A stretch of 64,000 nt of DNA, taken from assembly GCA_036563665.1 (NCBI GenBank), contig DATCLY010000093.1, positions 117,702 through 181,701 of the forward strand, written 5' to 3'. Under the pieces are notes generated by a model. It ran no database searches and was not told the origin of the DNA. It saw nothing but the letters and a program-made list of their open reading frames with translations. This document shows, piece after piece, positions 1 to 8,590 of this stretch. Source of the stretch: Gammaproteobacteria bacterium (lineage in GTDB: Bacteria > Pseudomonadota > Gammaproteobacteria > Steroidobacterales > Rariloculaceae). The stretch's first letter is position 1. Every line of letters begins with the position of its first letter. Made by a program: the position numbers and the translations under genes.

Positions 1-2
1 CC

Positions 3-1652
3 GCCATCGACGAGGTGACCTTCGTGCACGAAGGCCGCGAGTACCGCCGCGTGGCCGAGGTCATCGACTGCTGGTTCGACTCGGGTGCGATGCCGTACGC
101 GCAGTGGCACTACCCGTTCGAGAACCGCGACGTGTTCGAGACGAGCTTTCCGGCCGACTTCATCTGCGAGGCCATCGACCAGACCCGCGGCTGGTTCTAC
201 ACGCTGCACGCCGTCGCCACGATGGTGTCGGACCAGGCGGCGTACCGCAACGTCGTCTGCCTGAGCCACATCGTGGATCAGGACGGCAAGAAGATGTCGA
301 AGTCGCTCGGCAACATCCTCGACCCGTACGAGGTGTTCGACCGGGTGGGCGCGGACGCGCTGCGCTGGCATTTCCTCGCGCGCGTGGCGCCCGACGTGCA
401 GAAGCGCGTGTCGGTGGACATCGTGGCGGACGTGGCCTCGAGCTTCATCAACACGCTGTGGAACACGTATGCGTTCCTCGTGATGTACGCGCGGCTCGAC
501 GGCGTCGATCCGCGTGTCGCGGTGCCCTACGACCGGCGGCCCGAGATCGACCGCTGGATCGTGTCGCTGCTCGAGCGCACGGTGAAGGAGGCGACCGAGG
601 CGCTCGACGCATACGACGCGCTGCGCGCGGGCACGGCCATCGAGCGCTTCGTGGACCAGCTCTCCAACTGGTACGTGCGGCGCAACCGCCGGCGGTTCTG
701 GAAAGCCGCCACGGGCGAAGACAAGCAGGCCGCGTACGCCACGCTGTACGAGTGCCTGACGACGGTCACGCGCCTGATCGCGCCGTTCGTGCCGTTCCTC
801 GCCGAGGCGCTCTACCAGAACCTCGTGCGCGGCATCGACCCGGAGGCGCCGCTCAGCGTGCACATGACGGAGTGGCCGGACTTCGACCCCGCGCGGCTCG
901 ACGAGCGGCTGCTCGCCGAGATCGAGGTCGTGCAGCGCGTGGTGGGGCTGGGGCGCGCGGCGCGCAACGAGTCGCGTCTCAAGGTGCGTCAGCCGCTCAA
1001 GCGGCTGCTGGTGCGAGTGCCGGACGACGCGGCGGCCGCGGCCGTGCGCCGCCACGAGGAGCAGATCCTGGACGAGCTCAACGTGAAGTCGCTCGAGCTG
1101 CTGCCGCCCGATGCGCGGCTGGTGAGCTACCGCATCAAGCCCAACCTGCCCGTGGTGGGCAAGCGCTACGGCAAGCTCGTTCCCGCCATCCGCAAGGCGC
1201 TGGCCGAGGCGGACGGGGCCGCCGTGGCCGCGGCCGCGGCGCGCGGCGAGCCGCAGCGCTTCACGGTGGAGGGCGTCGAGGTCGAGCTCGGCCCCGGCGA
1301 CCTGCTCATCGAGACGTCGTCGGCGGAAGGGTTCGCCTGCGCGGAGGACGGCGGCTACCTCGCGGGCCTCGACACCACGCTCGACGAGGAGCTCCGCCGC
1401 GAGGGGCTCGCGCGCGAGCTCGTGCGGTCCGTGCAGGACGCCCGCAAGCAGGCGGGCCTCGAGGTGTCCGACCGCATCGTGCTGATGGTGGAAGGCGACG
1501 CCGCCGTGCAGGACGCGCTCGAGCGCTACCGCGATTACCTCATGAGCGAGACGCTCGCGAGCGAATGGCGCGAGCCCGAGAAGCCGTTCGTGGTGACGGA
1601 GGAGGGCGAGCCGCGGTGGCAGATCCGCCTCGCCCGGGACGAGCGCGCATGA
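3..1652 (+). CDS. ileS: Isoleucyl-tRNA synthetase, C-terminal part (5' end outside window)
   Basis: The frame is open from the window edge. It carries the class I KMSKS signature (GKKMSKSLGN). The stop overlaps the lspA start (ATGA), the classic ileS-lspA pairing. Confidence 0.95.
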   Translation, partial: AIDEVTFVHEGREYRRVAEVIDCWFDSGAMPYAQWHYPFENRDVFETSFPADFICEAIDQTRGWFYTLHAVATMVSDQAAYRNVVCLSHIVDQDGKKMSKSLGNILDPYEVFDRVGADALRWHFLARVAPDVQKRVSVDIVADVASSFINTLWNTYAFLVMYARLDGVDPRVAVPYDRRPEIDRWIVSLLERTVKEATEALDAYDALRAGTAIERFVDQLSNWYVRRNRRRFWKAATGEDKQAAYATLYECLTTVTRLIAPFVPFLAEALYQNLVRGIDPEAPLSVHMTEWPDFDPARLDERLLAEIEVVQRVVGLGRAARNESRLKVRQPLKRLLVRVPDDAAAAAVRRHEEQILDELNVKSLELLPPDARLVSYRIKPNLPVVGKRYGKLVPAIRKALAEADGAAVAAAAARGEPQRFTVEGVEVELGPGDLLIETSSAEGFACAEDGGYLAGLDTTLDEELRREGLARELVRSVQDARKQAGLEVSDRIVLMVEGDAAVQDALERYRDYLMSETLASEWREPEKPFVVTEEGEPRWQIRLARDERA

Positions 1653-2179
1653 CCGCGCGCCGCTGGTTCTCGCTGCGGGCCGGCGCGTCGAACTGGCTGT
1701 GGGTCTCGCTGGTCGTGATCGTCCTCGACCAGTGGACGAAGCACCTGATCACGAGCACCTTCCTCGAGTACGAGCAGGTGGCCGTGCTGCCCGTGCTCGA
1801 CATCACGCGCCTGCACAACGAGGGCGCCGCGTTCAGCTTCCTGGACGACGCGTCGGGCTGGCAGCGGTGGCTGTTCACGGGACTCGGTCTCGCCGTGAGC
1901 GTGGGCATCCTCGTCTGGCTGCGGCGGCTGCCGCCGCGCGGGCAGAACCTGCTCGCGGCGGGGCTCGCGCTCGTGCTGGGCGGCGCGCTCGGCAACGTGA
2001 TCGACCGCGTGCTCTGGGGCCACGTGATCGACTTCATCCACGTGCACTGGGGAGACGCCTACTTCCCGGCCTTCAACGTGGCCGACTCGGCCATCACGGT
2101 GGGCGCGGCGCTCCTGATCCTCGACAATCTGCTCGACCTGAAGCGCGGCAAGACGCTCGCGCCGCGCGACGAACGGTAG
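1649..2179 (+). CDS. lspA: Lipoprotein signal peptidase (signal peptidase II)
   Basis: A ~176-aa multi-TM protein with LspA motifs (NEGAAFSFL, GGALGNVIDR, FNVADSAI). ATG 1649 overlaps the ileS stop. Confidence 0.95.
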   Translation: MTARRWFSLRAGASNWLWVSLVVIVLDQWTKHLITSTFLEYEQVAVLPVLDITRLHNEGAAFSFLDDASGWQRWLFTGLGLAVSVGILVWLRRLPPRGQNLLAAGLALVLGGALGNVIDRVLWGHVIDFIHVHWGDAYFPAFNVADSAITVGAALLILDNLLDLKRGKTLAPRDER

Positions 2180-2182
2180 CTC

Positions 2183-2599
2183 CTACCAGCACCGCCCGCT
2201 CGGATCGGGCGCGGCCCAGCGCGCGCCCGTCGAGGCGATCGCGAACGTGCGGCATTCCTCGTCGGCGGCCATCTCGTTCACGGCCGTGGCCTCGATCGTG
2301 AAGGCGTCGGCCGTCGCCGCCGTCACGTTCAGCACGTAGCGGCCGCTCTCCGTGGGCGCGTTCGCCGCCGCGCCGAAGCCGAGCAGCGTGAGATCCGCCG
2401 TGTAGCGGTGGTGCTGGAGGTGGAACCGTTCCTGATTCGCCGCGGCGAGCAGCAGGGCCGTCTTCGCCTCCGTGCGCTGCGCGCGCTGCACGTGGCGCCG
2501 GTAGCCCGGCACGGCGATCAGGCCGAGGATCGCCACCACGGCGACCACCGCCATGAGCTCGAGCAACGTGACGCCGAGGACCCGCTTGCGGCTGCGCAT
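2183..2599 (-). CDS. pilE: Type IV pilin-like protein (PilE-type minor pilin)
   Basis: The N-terminus is a prepilin type (RVLG|VTLLELMAVVAVVAILGLIAVPGY, with Glu at +5). It is the last gene of the minor-pilin operon. Its start overlaps the pilY1 stop (ATGA). Confidence 0.85.
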   Translation of the reverse strand: MRSRKRVLGVTLLELMAVVAVVAILGLIAVPGYRRHVQRAQRTEAKTALLLAAANQERFHLQHHRYTADLTLLGFGAAANAPTESGRYVLNVTAATADAFTIEATAVNEMAADEECRTFAIASTGARWAAPDPSGRCW

Positions 2600-5505
2600 C
2601 AGTCGAGGCTCTCGCGGACCCAATACGTGCGTATCGGCCGGTTGCGATAGCCCGTCGGGAAGCAGGCCAGACCCACGCAGACGAGGGGCTCCGGAAGGCA
2701 CGCTTCCCCCGCGCAGCCGCCCGCCGCCGCCGTGCAGCCCGCCTCCGCGCACGGGGCCGGGGCGGGCGCGTCGGGCGGCGGGAACAGGAACCGCGGTGCG
2801 GCCGCGACCGGGGCGGCGAGCTCGATGAAGCCGGCCTCGTCGTTCGCGACGACGGGCGCAAGCGCCGGTGCGCCGTCGATCACGTCCAGCGCGTACAGGC
2901 GGCTCGTGCCGAGCGCGGGCACGCAAGGGTCGGCGTCGGACGGCGTGCCGGGCGTGTACGTGGTGAAGAACACCCGGCCGTCGAACGTGCGCGACTCGGC
3001 CAGCACCTTCTCCCCGGGCGAGCGCAGCGAGTGGCGCCAGCCGGGAGCCGTCGACGGAACGACTGCCGCGTGACGATCCGTCACGTCCACGAGGTCCTCG
3101 TCGGTGACGGGGACCGCGCGGTCGTACTCGTCCTGCGTGCGGCGCCGGAACGGGACGCGATCGCGAAGCGCGTAGAAGCGATCGTCGTTGCCGACCGCGT
3201 TCGGCCGGGCGCGGTGGCCCGACCCGAGGCCCACGTGGAGATACGCGCCGCCCGCGCTCTGCACGAGCGCGACGTCGGGCGCGTGATAGAACCGCCGCGT
3301 GTCGGCCCCGGTGGGCGCCGCCGCGGCGGCCGCGCCCAGCGAGGCGATCACGCCGCCGGTCGCGAGGCTCGCCGCGTCCCGCCCGTTCCACAGATCGAAG
3401 CGCCACACTTGTCCGCCCACGTCGGCCGCGTACAGCCGGTCGGCGAAGCCGTCGGTGTCGAGGTCGAGCACCTTGACGCCGCCGGGCAGCGAGTAGCGCA
3501 TGGCGCCGTTCGGGGCGGCGAAGCGTTGCGTCGCGTCCGCGACGCCCGCCCACCAGAGCAGCTCGCCGTTCACGGCGTCGACGATGTAGAGCGCGTTGCC
3601 CACGTCGTCGGTGCGCGGTTCGGGCGCGTCCTGACCCGGGTCGTAGCCGCCGGTCATCACGACCACGAGCCGCTCGGGATTGTCGGGCGCGTAGGGTGCG
3701 CCCGCGATGTCGATGCGCGCGGGCACCGGCGCGGCCCACGTCTGCCCGAGGCGCGGCAACGTCTCGTGGTCGTGACGCCAGAGGAGCACCGGCGCGTCGG
3801 GACGAGTGACGTCGAGCGCGTAGTACGCGCGCCCGCCGCGCCGCATGCCGAAGTAGAGATACACCCGCTCGCCGTCGTCGGGCTCGATCACGCCGTCGCC
3901 GTCGTGCACGGCATGCAGACGCAACGGGCCGTCGAGGCCGTAGGCCTTGGACGAAGGGCCGTCCGCGAGCCGCGCCGCCTGCCGGGGCAGGAGCCCCGGC
4001 GGCACGAACGCCCAACGCTCCGTGCCGCTCTCGCCGTCGATCGCGTGCAGATAACCGTCGTTCGTGGCGGCGTAGACCGTGACGTCGTCCGCGCCCGGCC
4101 CGTACGCCATCGCGACGGGCGCGGAGTGCAGCGAGTCGCCCAAGGCGCCGCGGCGGTCGGGCACGCCGTCGCCGTTGCGATCGAAAGCGTCGTTCATGAA
4201 GTCGATGACGTCCTCGCGCGCGGGTCTGCCTGCGTGCGCGCCGAGCAGCGGGCCGGTGAGGGCGTCGTTCGCGGCGTCCACGCGGTTGCCGGGAGCCATG
4301 AGGTCGCGATCGCCGAGCCCCGTGAGGACCGTGCGCGGCGCCGGGATGTGCTGCGCCGCGCCGCCCGCCTCGACGTCGTGCCCGTCGGGCTGCGCCGACC
4401 AGAGGCTGCGCGCGCCCGGCGCGAAGAAGCCCGTGGCGCGTTCCACGGCGGGCACCCCGTCCGCATCCACGATGCCGGCCGAGGCGAGCCGGTATTTCTT
4501 CACGTTGCCGGGCCAATGCGCCGTGGCGGACGGCCGAAACACGCTGACGTAGACATCGAGCCCATGCTGCGTGCGATTGAAGGCGTCCACGGGCACGGCC
4601 GGCGGCACGGCGCTCGACGGCGCGGCCAGGATCTCCGCGGCGACGGCGGACAGCGCCGTCGCGAGCCCGGCGGCATCGTCCGCCGTGCGGTGCTCGCCGC
4701 CCCCCCGCGCCGCCGTCCGCGCGAGCAGCGGCTCCAGTGCCGCGCTCACCACGTGCGTGATCACGTTCTGCCGCCCGGGCAGCGGCGAGAGGTCCGCACG
4801 GCGCAGGAACTCCGCGAGGTCGTCGAGACAGGCGCCGCCGCTGCGTGCCGGTTGCGCGTCGCACGCGCCCCCGTCCACGAGGCTCGCGAACGCCTCGCCG
4901 GTTGCGTCCGCGAGCGCCGCGATCTTGTCGTCCGCCTCGTCGCCGCCGCTCCCGCCGCCCATCAGCAGCACGACGTGGTTGCGTTGGCAGGCGAGCTCGA
5001 TCGGCGACGCGTAGCGAGCCGCATCGTCGGTGCGGCGCGCAGCCGCGTCTCCGCGCGTGCCGTAGTCCACCGGCGCGCCGAGCCAGTAGCGCGCCGCCTC
5101 GTACAACGCGGCGGCCGGCGTGTACGGCTGCTCGGGCACGAGGCCCGCGATGGCGGCGTGCAGCGCCGCGCGGCGCGCCTCGCCGTCGCCCATCGCAACG
5201 TCGACTGCGCCACCGCCGGCATCGAAGCTCATGAGGCCGACGTTCGCGTCTCCGAGCGCGTCGATCAGCGCGTGCGCCGCGTCCGCGAGCGCTCGCAGGC
5301 GCTCGGTCGCCGCCGCGTGCTCCTCGGCCGTGGCTCCGTCGCCCGGTCCCGAGTCGTCGATGAGCAGCAACACGTTGGGCCGCACGCTCGGGCTCGGGGT
5401 GCCGAGGAAGAGATCCGCATCGTCGGCTCGGGCGCACGCGCACGCCGCGAGCGCCCAAGCGCTGCCCGCGAGCGCCGAGAGCGAACGCCGCGCGCCGCGC
5501 GTCAT
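2599..5505 (-). CDS. pilY1: Type IV pilus tip adhesin / biogenesis factor PilY1
   Basis: A 968-aa protein with a signal peptide (SALAGSAWALAACACA) and a vWA-like N-terminal region (VLLLIDDSG). The C-terminal beta-propeller region carries the PilY1 Ca-binding motif DLDTDGFAD (nt 3439-3465) and a second DRNGDGVPD loop. It sits between the pilX-side genes and pilE. Confidence 0.9.
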   Translation of the reverse strand: MTRGARRSLSALAGSAWALAACACARADDADLFLGTPSPSVRPNVLLLIDDSGPGDGATAEEHAAATERLRALADAAHALIDALGDANVGLMSFDAGGGAVDVAMGDGEARRAALHAAIAGLVPEQPYTPAAALYEAARYWLGAPVDYGTRGDAAARRTDDAARYASPIELACQRNHVVLLMGGGSGGDEADDKIAALADATGEAFASLVDGGACDAQPARSGGACLDDLAEFLRRADLSPLPGRQNVITHVVSAALEPLLARTAARGGGEHRTADDAAGLATALSAVAAEILAAPSSAVPPAVPVDAFNRTQHGLDVYVSVFRPSATAHWPGNVKKYRLASAGIVDADGVPAVERATGFFAPGARSLWSAQPDGHDVEAGGAAQHIPAPRTVLTGLGDRDLMAPGNRVDAANDALTGPLLGAHAGRPAREDVIDFMNDAFDRNGDGVPDRRGALGDSLHSAPVAMAYGPGADDVTVYAATNDGYLHAIDGESGTERWAFVPPGLLPRQAARLADGPSSKAYGLDGPLRLHAVHDGDGVIEPDDGERVYLYFGMRRGGRAYYALDVTRPDAPVLLWRHDHETLPRLGQTWAAPVPARIDIAGAPYAPDNPERLVVVMTGGYDPGQDAPEPRTDDVGNALYIVDAVNGELLWWAGVADATQRFAAPNGAMRYSLPGGVKVLDLDTDGFADRLYAADVGGQVWRFDLWNGRDAASLATGGVIASLGAAAAAAPTGADTRRFYHAPDVALVQSAGGAYLHVGLGSGHRARPNAVGNDDRFYALRDRVPFRRRTQDEYDRAVPVTDEDLVDVTDRHAAVVPSTAPGWRHSLRSPGEKVLAESRTFDGRVFFTTYTPGTPSDADPCVPALGTSRLYALDVIDGAPALAPVVANDEAGFIELAAPVAAAPRFLFPPPDAPAPAPCAEAGCTAAAGGCAGEACLPEPLVCVGLACFPTGYRNRPIRTYWVRESLD

Positions 5506-5903
5506 CGCCGCACCTCGAAGGCGCCGTGGCCGCTCGCGAGCGCCGGGTGCGGCGCCGCGACGATCACGCGCGTGACGCGGCCGGTCGCGAGCTCGTAATA
5601 AATGAATGCGACGGCCTCGGGAGACGCGGCCCGCGCGGCTTCGGCCGCCGCCGGGAACGTCTCGGCGTCGACCGCGCGGCCGTGCACGAAGTAGCGGGTG
5701 GCGGGCGTGAGCGGCAGCGCAACGCTCGCACAGCGCGGGCTCGGCCGCACGGCGAGCGCGCTCGCGGGCGGCGCGGGCCACGCGAGATCCTCCAGCGCGA
5801 CGGCGTGGCGGCCCTCGACGGGCTCCTCCGGGCGGGGCGCCGCGGCGGCGCCGGCCGCGACCAACACCGGCCAGCCGAGTCGGACGAATCGGATCATGGA
5901 CAT
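5502..5903 (-). CDS. Hypothetical exported protein inside the minor-pilin operon (not a pilin)
   Basis: A 133-aa ORF with a hydrophobic N-terminus (MSMIRFVRLGWPVLVAAGAAAA) and high GC3. The stop overlaps the pilY1 start (ATGA), and it begins 16 nt after the pilX stop. It has no prepilin G|F/L-T-L-x-E motif. Confidence 0.55.
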   Translation of the reverse strand: MSMIRFVRLGWPVLVAAGAAAAPRPEEPVEGRHAVALEDLAWPAPPASALAVRPSPRCASVALPLTPATRYFVHGRAVDAETFPAAAEAARAASPEAVAFIYYELATGRVTRVIVAAPHPALASGHGAFEVRR

Positions 5904-5919
5904 CCCTGTCACCGAGCCG

Positions 5920-6375
5920 TCACGGGCCGCCCGGCCCGATGACGTAGAAGCCCTGCCGGTGCGCGGCCGCGGCGTGGCGCGGCGCACGGCCCAAGGCCTC
6001 GATCTCGAAGTGAAACGCGGCGAGCCCGTCCGCGCCCATGCTGAAGGCGCCCAGCGGCACCGGCGTCACGGCCACGAACGAGGCCGTGGCTTCGGTCTGC
6101 GCGGAGCCGTCGCCCGCGGGCATCGCGGGCAATGCGACGGGGCCGCTCGTGGAGAACGCCCGGCGGGCGAGGGCGATCTCGATGCCGGCCTCGGCCGCGT
6201 CGAACGCCGCCCGCTGGTACTGCGCGTTGCCGGCCATGGCCACCTCGTACGTGGCGGTGCTCGCGGCCGACACCGCGAGCGCCGTGAGCACGGCGAGCAG
6301 CACGAGCGCCACCACGAGCGCGGCGCCGTCTTGCACCGCTCGGCCGGCCCGTCGCATGCGGCCCGTCGCGCACAT
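5920..6375 (-). CDS. pilX: Type IV pilus minor pilin PilX
   Basis: The N-terminal domain is PilX-like (QDGAALVVALVLLAVLTALAVSAASTATYEVAMAGNAQYQRAAFDAAEAGIE). The start overlaps the pilW stop (ATGA). Confidence 0.8.
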   Translation of the reverse strand: MCATGRMRRAGRAVQDGAALVVALVLLAVLTALAVSAASTATYEVAMAGNAQYQRAAFDAAEAGIEIALARRAFSTSGPVALPAMPAGDGSAQTEATASFVAVTPVPLGAFSMGADGLAAFHFEIEALGRAPRHAAAAHRQGFYVIGPGGP

Positions 6376-7379
6376 CACCGCGGCCCTCGCGCGTTGCGCA
6401 GCTGGACGGTCCGCGACACCACCACGCGCCGGAAGCCGTCGTTGAGCGGCCCGACGTCCTGATCCGCGTAGACGTAGCGCGCGGTGTCCGTGAACCCGGT
6501 CTCGGGCCGTTCCGCGCGCGCCCGCAGCCAGATCCGAACCGTTAACACTCTCGCCTCCGGAACGAAATCCGGATGCCGCGAATCGAGCAGGGGATCGCCC
6601 GCCTGCACGTAGCGGTCCACGGCGCCGCCGCCGGCTTCGTCCTCGGAATCCGTGTCCACGCCGAGCTCCACCTGCAGGTCCTCGACGCCGGGCAGCACTT
6701 CCTCGTCGACGATCGCGGGTCCCGTGCGGAGCGTCTTCCTGCGCAGCGACGGCACGGGGTTGCCCGGCGCGTCGAGCGTCGACCGCGGGCTCACGTAGTA
6801 GCCGTTGACGCTGAGCGTGTGGGTTTGCGACGACGCCGCGTCGAACCCGGCCGGGAGCGCGGCGCCGGCAAAGAGCGCCGACTCGCCGAAGCGCACCGAC
6901 TGCACGTGTAACGCGCCCGCGGCCGGCACCACCGGCTCCGGCTCCGCGCGACGCACGACCAGCGTGTCCGCCCAGGGAGCGACGCCGTAGGAGGCCGCGC
7001 ACGCCCAGCGATAGCCGTTGGCGGCCTCCACCGGCCGATCGAGATCGACGGCCCAATTGTTCCCGCAGGCGGCAGGACCGGGCCCGGGCGGCGCGTCGGG
7101 CCCCGCGCGTCCCGCGATGACGCCGGCGTGCGCCGCGAGGCCGAAGTAGCCGGCCATCTGCACGTCGCTCTCCAGCACGTCGAGCGCGAAGCGGGCGTTC
7201 TCGTGCAGGCGCGCGACGGACTCGGTCACGCGAAACGCGCGCAGCCCCTGCACGAATAGCTCCGCGGCGCCGAGCATGAGCAGCGTGCCCACCGCGAGCG
7301 CCACCATGAGCTCGACGAGCGTGAGCCCCGTTCTCCGCAGGCCGAATGCACGAAGCGCTCGGTGCAGCCGCGCGTGCAT
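6375..7379 (-). CDS. pilW: Type IV pilus minor pilin PilW
   Basis: A 334-aa protein with the prepilin motif RTG|LTLVELMVALAVGTLLMLGA. Size and operon position fit PilW. Confidence 0.85.
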   Translation of the reverse strand: MHARLHRALRAFGLRRTGLTLVELMVALAVGTLLMLGAAELFVQGLRAFRVTESVARLHENARFALDVLESDVQMAGYFGLAAHAGVIAGRAGPDAPPGPGPAACGNNWAVDLDRPVEAANGYRWACAASYGVAPWADTLVVRRAEPEPVVPAAGALHVQSVRFGESALFAGAALPAGFDAASSQTHTLSVNGYYVSPRSTLDAPGNPVPSLRRKTLRTGPAIVDEEVLPGVEDLQVELGVDTDSEDEAGGGAVDRYVQAGDPLLDSRHPDFVPEARVLTVRIWLRARAERPETGFTDTARYVYADQDVGPLNDGFRRVVVSRTVQLRNARGPR

Positions 7380-7385
7380 GCGACG

Positions 7386-7847
7386 TTATCCTGCCGGCAC
7401 GCGCACGGCGGCGCGGTGCGTGAGCACGCCCGCGTTCGGCTCGTGCCAGCTCACGCGGATCGTGACCGTGCGCGGCGCGTCGCCGTCCACGCCGACGACG
7501 GCGTCGCCGTTCGGCAGCCGGGCGCGCACGAGCCGGCGCCACAGCAGCACGTCGTGCGCGGCCATCTCCGTGGGGGAGCACGAAGCGCCGCCGGTGCCGC
7601 AGCCCCGGTCGGCGCCCGCGCCGGCGTAGGCCGCCGCGCCGCGGCCGTTGGCCCGAATCCGGTCGGCGAGGTCCGCGGCGAGATCCACGGCCGCCGCGCG
7701 ATGCAGCGCGCTGCGGGCCGCGCCGAGCGCCTGCGCGTGCAGCGCGGCGATGCCGATCAGGCCCACGGAGACGACCACGAGCGCCACCAGCGCCTCCACG
7801 AGCCCGAAGCCGCGCGGGTCGCGTGCCGATCGGCCCATCACGGACAT
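7386..7847 (-). CDS. pilV: Type IV pilus minor pilin PilV
   Basis: A 153-aa protein with the prepilin motif RG|FGLVEALVALVVVSVGLIGIAAL. It overlaps the fimT 3' end by 10 nt. Confidence 0.85.
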   Translation of the reverse strand: MSVMGRSARDPRGFGLVEALVALVVVSVGLIGIAALHAQALGAARSALHRAAAVDLAADLADRIRANGRGAAAYAGAGADRGCGTGGASCSPTEMAAHDVLLWRRLVRARLPNGDAVVGVDGDAPRTVTIRVSWHEPNAGVLTHRAAVRVPAG

Positions 7848-8380
7848 GGCAGCGGCTCGCCGGGCGCGGGCTCGGCGACGCGCGGCCGGCCCGTGTAGCT
7901 CACGACCACGGCGCGGGCGTAACGGCCGCCCCGCGCGTCGCAGAAAGTGACGGTGCCGTTCGTGCTGCGCCGGGCGAACGGACGGAACTCGAACACCGCC
8001 CGGTTCGACGACACGGCGACTCCGCGCGCCGGCCGGTGGACGAAGAGCAGCGGCTCCGCCGCGGCGCGCGCAGGCGGGTGCGCGCCGTCTTCGTCGACGA
8101 ACACGATCCAGCCCGCCTCGTACCGCTCGCCGCAGGCCGTGAGGTCCGCCGAGCCGCAGAGCACCACGGTGCGGCCCCGCTTCGCGGCCTCGCTGCGCGC
8201 GAGCTGCACGGCCGTGACGAACGCGTCGACGTCCGCCGAGCGCCGCGCGTTGCGGAGCGCGTCCTGGAAGCTCGGGGCCGCGATGCCCACCACGATGCCG
8301 GCGACTGCCAGCGTGCAGAGCAGCTCCCAGAGCGTGAACCCGTGGGCTGGGCGAGCGGTCGAAGCAGGCGTAAGGTTCAT
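7838..8380 (-). CDS. fimT: GspH/FimT-family minor pilin (FimT/FimU)
   Basis: A 180-aa protein with the prepilin motif HG|FTLWELLCTLAVAGIVVGIAAPSF followed by a GspH-type region (DAFVTAVQLARSEAAKRG). It is the first gene of the operon. Confidence 0.8.
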   Translation of the reverse strand: MNLTPASTARPAHGFTLWELLCTLAVAGIVVGIAAPSFQDALRNARRSADVDAFVTAVQLARSEAAKRGRTVVLCGSADLTACGERYEAGWIVFVDEDGAHPPARAAAEPLLFVHRPARGVAVSSNRAVFEFRPFARRSTNGTVTFCDARGGRYARAVVVSYTGRPRVAEPAPGEPLPCP

Positions 8381-8525
8381 CGTTGACCCGATGCGCCGGA
8401 GGGTGGTGCCACCGAGGCAGGCCTCCGACGCTCGCCAATTAAGGCCCCGCCAAGGGCGGCCGCACTAGCGCGAAAACCGGCCAGAATGAGCAACTTAGCG
8501 GGGTCGGGGACGGTCGATCGCGCGG

Positions 8526-8555
8526 TTGAGAATGAGTCGCATCAGCGGGTATACT
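8526..8555 (+). promoter_or_regulatory. Putative sigma70 promoter with Fur-box-like spacer upstream of the Fur-family gene
   Basis: TTGAGA (8526-8531), 18 nt, then TATACT (8550-8555), about 35 nt before ATG 8591, in a locally AT-richer stretch. GAGAATGAGTCGCATCA partly matches the Fur-box consensus GATAATGATAATCATTATC. Confidence 0.3.
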
Positions 8556-8590
8556 TGCCAAGTCTCTGATTTTTCAGGGGACTCGCTACG

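Noticed and set aside
2600-5458. Very long ORFs in alternative frames or on the opposite strand of recognisable genes. Examples are the 1091-aa ORF 2183..5458(-) upstream of its pilE portion, 3031..5598(+), 17503..19659(-), 24902..27622(-), 28114..29772(+), 46919..49768(+), 49970..52675(-) beyond its rnfA tail, 50620..52899(+) beyond its 52-aa tail, and 59195..61138(-).
   Set aside because: Their translations are Arg/Ala/Gly/Pro-dominated low-complexity strings with no family motifs. Each is fully overlapped by an ORF with clear conserved motifs. Long stop-free off-frames are expected in DNA this GC-rich.
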